Below the pieces are notes generated by a model. It had not been told where the DNA came from, searched no databases, and saw only the letters and a program-made list of their open reading frames with translations. A stretch of DNA of 62,251 nucleotides, from the NCBI GenBank assembly GCA_015488555.1, contig WFNO01000005.1, positions 1-62,251 on the forward strand, given 5' to 3'. This DNA comes from Gammaproteobacteria bacterium (GTDB lineage: Bacteria; Pseudomonadota; Gammaproteobacteria; SZUA-140). Numbering within the stretch: the first letter of the stretch is position 1; each line of letters starts with the position of its first letter. Shown piece by piece: positions 58,743-62,251 of the stretch. Both the position numbers and the translations under genes were made by a program.

Positions 58743-60152
58743 TTACCGCTCGTAGGCCAGCTCGTGGGCGTAACGGCCCTTGGGCACCACGGTTCCCTCG
58801 ACGGCCGTCATATACATGTTGTAGAGCCACACGAGATTACCGGTGAACACCATGGTGCCGCCAATCCAGCGGGCGATCATATACGGGTGCTCGGCCACCA
58901 CCACGTCGATGTACGGAACTTCGTAGATCTTGCCCGCACCCTGGATCAGACCCGCAATGGTCATAGAGATCCAGTAGATGCAGAAACCAATAATCACGAA
59001 CCAGTAGTGGAAATTGGCCAGAGCCAGCGAGTACAGCTTGCGGCGCAGCATTTGCTGCAAACCGAAGTACACGGCTGCGATTTCCAGGAAGCTCGACATA
59101 CCCAGTAGGGCCAAATGAGCGTGAGCCACGATCCAGCCGGTACCGTGCACGTACCAGTTGATGGCACGAGTCTGTTGGAACCCACCCTGCATGTTGAGCG
59201 GAATGGCCAGCAGCACACCGGTGACGCTGAACTTGATTTCCACATTCTCCACAAACATGCTCCAGCGCCCCTTCATGGTCAGCAGGATGTTGGCCACGAA
59301 GGCGATAGCGGGAATCAGGATCAGCACGCCTTCCACGGAGGCAAACGACTTCAACCACTCCGGCAGCGGAGCCGAGAGCAGATGATGAGAAGCCGGCGTG
59401 GAATAGAAGGCGATAATGGCCCAGAAGTGCAGATGGCCGATGCGGTGTGAGTACAGCGGATTGCCCGTGAGCTTGGGAATCGTGTAGTAAGCGATCGCCG
59501 CAGCTACTGGCGTGATCCACAGACCCAACACGTTATGTGCAAACCAGAAGGTGAGATAACCCTCGGTCAGCCCGGTGAGGTTGAACAGTTCCGCAGACTG
59601 CCCCACCAGGAACACCACCCATACCATGAAGATGCAGGCACCGAAGAACCAGTTGGTGATGTAGATCCCCTGCGTGCGACGGTGAGCGATGGTCATCCAT
59701 ACGTTAATGCCCAACGGCACCAGGACCCCGAACATGATTACCAGGTCGATGGGCCAAATCAGGTCCGAATATTCACGACCAGAGGTGAACCCCAGCCACA
59801 GCAAGAACAGACCCAGAGAGAGCCCCACGTTCCACAGAAAGGCCGTCCATAGACCCAGCTTTTCGGACCACAGCTTGGTGTTACCCAAAGCCGGTGTCAT
59901 GTACATCATAGTCATGGCAAAGGCCATGGAGATCCAGCCCAGAATCACGGCCAGCACGTGCACTTGGCGCATGTGCCCAAAAGCAAAAAGCTCGGTACCC
60001 GTCACGAAATCCGGGAACGCGAGCTTCGCAGCATTGAAGGAACCGAGACCCGTCCCGATAATGAACCAAAAAATGGAAGAGAATCCGAAATAGATTGTCG
60101 CTGTCCCTGGCGGGATATCCTCGTTCTTCGCCATTAAGTATTTAAACAGCAT
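58743..60152 (-). CDS. ccoN: cbb3-type cytochrome c oxidase subunit I
   Basis: Six His ligands: RQVH, WFAHNVLG, FYSTPASHH (with helix-VII Tyr), AHAH; also GREYSDL and YVHGTGW. Confidence 0.95.
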   Translation of the reverse strand: MLFKYLMAKNEDIPPGTATIYFGFSSIFWFIIGTGLGSFNAAKLAFPDFVTGTELFAFGHMRQVHVLAVILGWISMAFAMTMMYMTPALGNTKLWSEKLGLWTAFLWNVGLSLGLFLLWLGFTSGREYSDLIWPIDLVIMFGVLVPLGINVWMTIAHRRTQGIYITNWFFGACIFMVWVVFLVGQSAELFNLTGLTEGYLTFWFAHNVLGLWITPVAAAIAYYTIPKLTGNPLYSHRIGHLHFWAIIAFYSTPASHHLLSAPLPEWLKSFASVEGVLILIPAIAFVANILLTMKGRWSMFVENVEIKFSVTGVLLAIPLNMQGGFQQTRAINWYVHGTGWIVAHAHLALLGMSSFLEIAAVYFGLQQMLRRKLYSLALANFHYWFVIIGFCIYWISMTIAGLIQGAGKIYEVPYIDVVVAEHPYMIARWIGGTMVFTGNLVWLYNMYMTAVEGTVVPKGRYAHELAYER

Positions 60153-60212
60153 CCTTCCAGCCCTCCTAAAATCGATTTACGTTCATGTCTGCTTTCTTTG
60201 TTGGTCTTCTTC

Positions 60213-60305
60213 TCACTCAGACTGTTTGTTCAGCAGATACCAGGAAAACCACATGCTCGAAAATGCAAGGAGCACGCCGCACGCTGCTGCAAACGCTGCC
60301 AACAT
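60213..60305 (-). CDS. 30-aa single-TM microprotein (MLAAFAAACGVLLAFSSMWFSWYLLNKQSE)
   Basis: AGGGGGTG RBS; sits inside the operon immediately upstream of ccoN. Confidence 0.6.
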   Translation of the reverse strand: MLAAFAAACGVLLAFSSMWFSWYLLNKQSE

Positions 60306-60383
60306 CGTTCACCCCCTATTCAGTTGATTCTGTTTTCCAATGCCTTTGAGTAATCGGTGCCTCACCCAAATTTAGCTTGGTGA

Positions 60384-60674
60384 TCACCAGCCGGTATTGT
60401 CCCGTTGCATTTCGATCTCACCATGCTTCTTCAGCGCAGTGGCCACGATGATGGCAAAGGCAAGACCAAAAATGATCATCACCCAATCGATGAATCCGCT
60501 GAAAGTGGTGGGATCGAAGGCCTCAAGCCCCCAGCCACCCCAACTCTCGAAAGGACCACGGCCGATGGCACTCATCACCGCAGCGCCGAACACGCTACCG
60601 TTACCCATACCCACGGTGAAAGCCGGTATGAGAAGTACCCAGAAGAGATTACCTAGCGTGAGTTTGTTTTCCAT
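60384..60674 (-). CDS. Hypothetical 96-aa Gly-rich membrane protein heading the cco operon
   Basis: G-rich RBS; TVGMGNGSVFGAAV and a second TM. Confidence 0.75.
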   Translation of the reverse strand: MENKLTLGNLFWVLLIPAFTVGMGNGSVFGAAVMSAIGRGPFESWGGWGLEAFDPTTFSGFIDWVMIIFGLAFAIIVATALKKHGEIEMQRDNTGW

Positions 60675-61146
60675 ACTCCCCCCTTATTTTAGTTGTGATA
60701 AGGAACCTAGACAGCCTGGAACCATTGTTAGCGAGTCGTCCATCCTGCCCCTTCCGGCTCCTCGTGGGACTCAGAATCAGGAGTCGCTCAAGTCAGGCAT
60801 CACTCACTGAGAGACCACCCGCATGACCTTGGATTATAGACCCAATTCCAGATTTTGCAACCACTCTACGAGCGATTCAGAACGCTTATTTGCCCCTTTC
60901 CCCCTCCCTGAACTACCCCCCACCAAGGAGGAATCTCACAAAAAATTCCAATATATCTGTAGGTTAGCGCTACTTCCCACTATTTATCTCGCCTGTTATC
61001 GCTTGCCGCGATCTCTTCATAAAACCGTTTTTCGTGCAACAATTCCAACAATCAAATGCAGGGGTTATAGATAGTTTGCTTTCATCCCTGTAGCAGATAT
61101 CTTAGTAACCGGTGATGTGAACTTGTATCGCAACGAGGAGAATCCT

Positions 61147-61416
61147 GTGAACGGCAAGGAAATCATCATTTACGGAATTGTGGCCATCAGCTCCCTGACT
61201 TTGCTGGCCTATACGGTTCACATGTTCGTAGGTGGATTGGTGAGCGAGCGCACGGAAAACACCATTATGTGGACCGTGGTCGTTATCGGTGCGGTGGCCA
61301 TGGGCTTCATGGCACGCAGTATCGTACGCCGCCGTCGCCTACATCAGCTGTACATGCAACAACTGCAGGCAAGGGAGGAAAGGCAATCCCCTGAAGGAGA
61401 CAATGCAGAGCGATAA
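61147..61416 (+). CDS. Hypothetical 2-TM membrane protein, divergent from the cco operon
   Basis: GAGGAG RBS before GTG 61147; YTVHMFVGGLVS between two TMs; basic tail. Confidence 0.75.
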   Translation: MNGKEIIIYGIVAISSLTLLAYTVHMFVGGLVSERTENTIMWTVVVIGAVAMGFMARSIVRRRRLHQLYMQQLQAREERQSPEGDNAER

Positions 61417-61745
61417 AGCTACCCAACTTCATTCGCGAGCTTCATTTTCAAGATTCGCGACTTTGTTCGGGTTGCGGTTATGTACGCCATAATACGCCGG
61501 TACCGAAAGTATCGGTTACAGCTCGCAAGATATACACAGGCAAACGCGATACAGTATAGCAACATCGCATCTTGCGCGAGTGTTTCACAGGACATCTCGA
61601 ACTCACCCACTGAATCACTATTACCCATGCGGTGCACGGCGTCCTGCAACACACGGTACTCAAGACCCCGTGCATATTCGCCTGCATTTTACCCACGCGC
61701 GCTGGAACAACAGGAAAATCACGAATGATTGTTACCAGACGGCGC

Positions 61746-61781
61746 AAAAAAATCCCCGGCGACCCAAAGGAACGCCGGGGA
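61746..61781 (-). terminator. Intrinsic terminator
   Basis: Minus strand reads tccccggcgttcctttgggtcgccggggattttttt, downstream of the 25-aa ORF. Confidence 0.75.
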
Positions 61782-61821
61782 AGAAAAACCGATCCGATCA
61801 CTTGGATTCAGAACCCTGAGA

Positions 61822-61899
61822 TCAGATCGTCGCTGCGGGAAGAATAACGAAGATCAAGAACGCAAGCGCAAACAACAGCAACAAAACATTGATTTTCAT
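61822..61899 (-). CDS. 25-aa hydrophobic microprotein (MKINVLLLLFALAFLIFVILPAATI)
   Basis: GAGGAGG RBS, its own terminator, and similarity to 49655-49732. Confidence 0.65.
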   Translation of the reverse strand: MKINVLLLLFALAFLIFVILPAATI

Positions 61900-62098
61900 A
61901 AATACCCTCCTCGATTTCGCTATATCCAAAAATCGTCAGGCCGCACTTTACCTGCCCCAATTCTCTCGTTCTGCATGCGGTCATTCCTGACCGTTTCACT
62001 CTACAAAAAAGGGAATAGAGATGCAACTCTAAACAAACTGCACACTGGAAGATTCACACAGTAAGAAATTCACAGTCCAAGCAAAACATGCTCCTGCA

Positions 62099-62251
62099 TG
62101 TGGGTTGCCCCTCGAATATTTTGGACACATATTTGGTCGTAGAGTGAGAACGACAGGAGGTGTCCATGAGCACGAAGTCTGTGAAGCGTTGGTCTGCAAA
62201 GCGCAAGCAAGAGGTGGTGCTGCGACTGCTGCGAGGCGAGAGCCTGGATAC
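62099..62251 (+). mobile_element. Left end of an IS3-family-like insertion sequence (truncated by the window)
   Basis: TG-initiated IR-like TGTGGGTTGCCCCTCGAATATTTTGGACAC followed by an OrfA-like reading frame. Confidence 0.7.
62166..62251 (+). CDS. Transposase OrfA N-terminus (partial)
   Basis: AGGAGG RBS; MSTKSVKRWSAKRKQEVVLRLLRGESLD is typical of the start of an IS3 OrfA HTH. Confidence 0.75.
   Translation, partial: MSTKSVKRWSAKRKQEVVLRLLRGESLD

Noticed and set aside
58743-60152. Nitric oxide reductase NorB instead of CcoN
   Set aside because: HNVLG rather than HLWVE, the helix-VII Tyr is present, and CcoO/CcoS/CcoG partners are adjacent.
60823-62064. Short ORFs at 60823..61074 and 61419..62064
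   Set aside because: AT-rich intergenic sequence without RBS or protein-like composition, apart from the 25-aa ORF reported.

Overview
A 62-kb chromosomal window from a high-GC Gammaproteobacterium (inferred from the thiO/fimT-pilVWXY1E/ispH-lspA-ileS-ribF-murJ-rpsT and yggS/pilT/proC/yggT gene sets). The left and middle parts are mostly recognisable: a TIGR04283/TIGR04282 glycosyltransferase pair, a cobalamin riboswitch with B12-salvage genes (btuB, pduO, btuF, cobC-like, and a distant BtuC/D-like ABC pair), ampD, tRNA-Thr(CGT), a type IV minor-pilin cassette, core housekeeping genes, two large beta-propeller+DUF11 surface proteins with C-terminal sorting-like tails, and a dynamin-like GTPase. 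The most unusual part is a roughly 19-kb, visibly lower-GC block (43.2-61.9 kb) built around a non-canonical cbb3-type (C-family) heme-copper oxidase. It has CcoN, an enlarged CcoO, a CcoP-like subunit with no heme-binding motif, a free-standing copy of the last CcoN helices, a second CcoO-like cytochrome c, CcoS and CcoG, but no CcoH or CcoI. It also has an FGE-fold protein, a membrane/spermidine-synthase fusion, an ExbB-like+vWA pair, many uncharacterised membrane proteins, and at least six single-TM microproteins too short for the ORF track, two of which are 25-aa look-alikes. An IS3-like element begins at the right edge. Non-coding highlights are two identical 49-bp palindromes and a DnaA-box-containing palindrome at an apparent yggS-pilT inversion junction. 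All calls come from motif reading by eye; no database searches were run.
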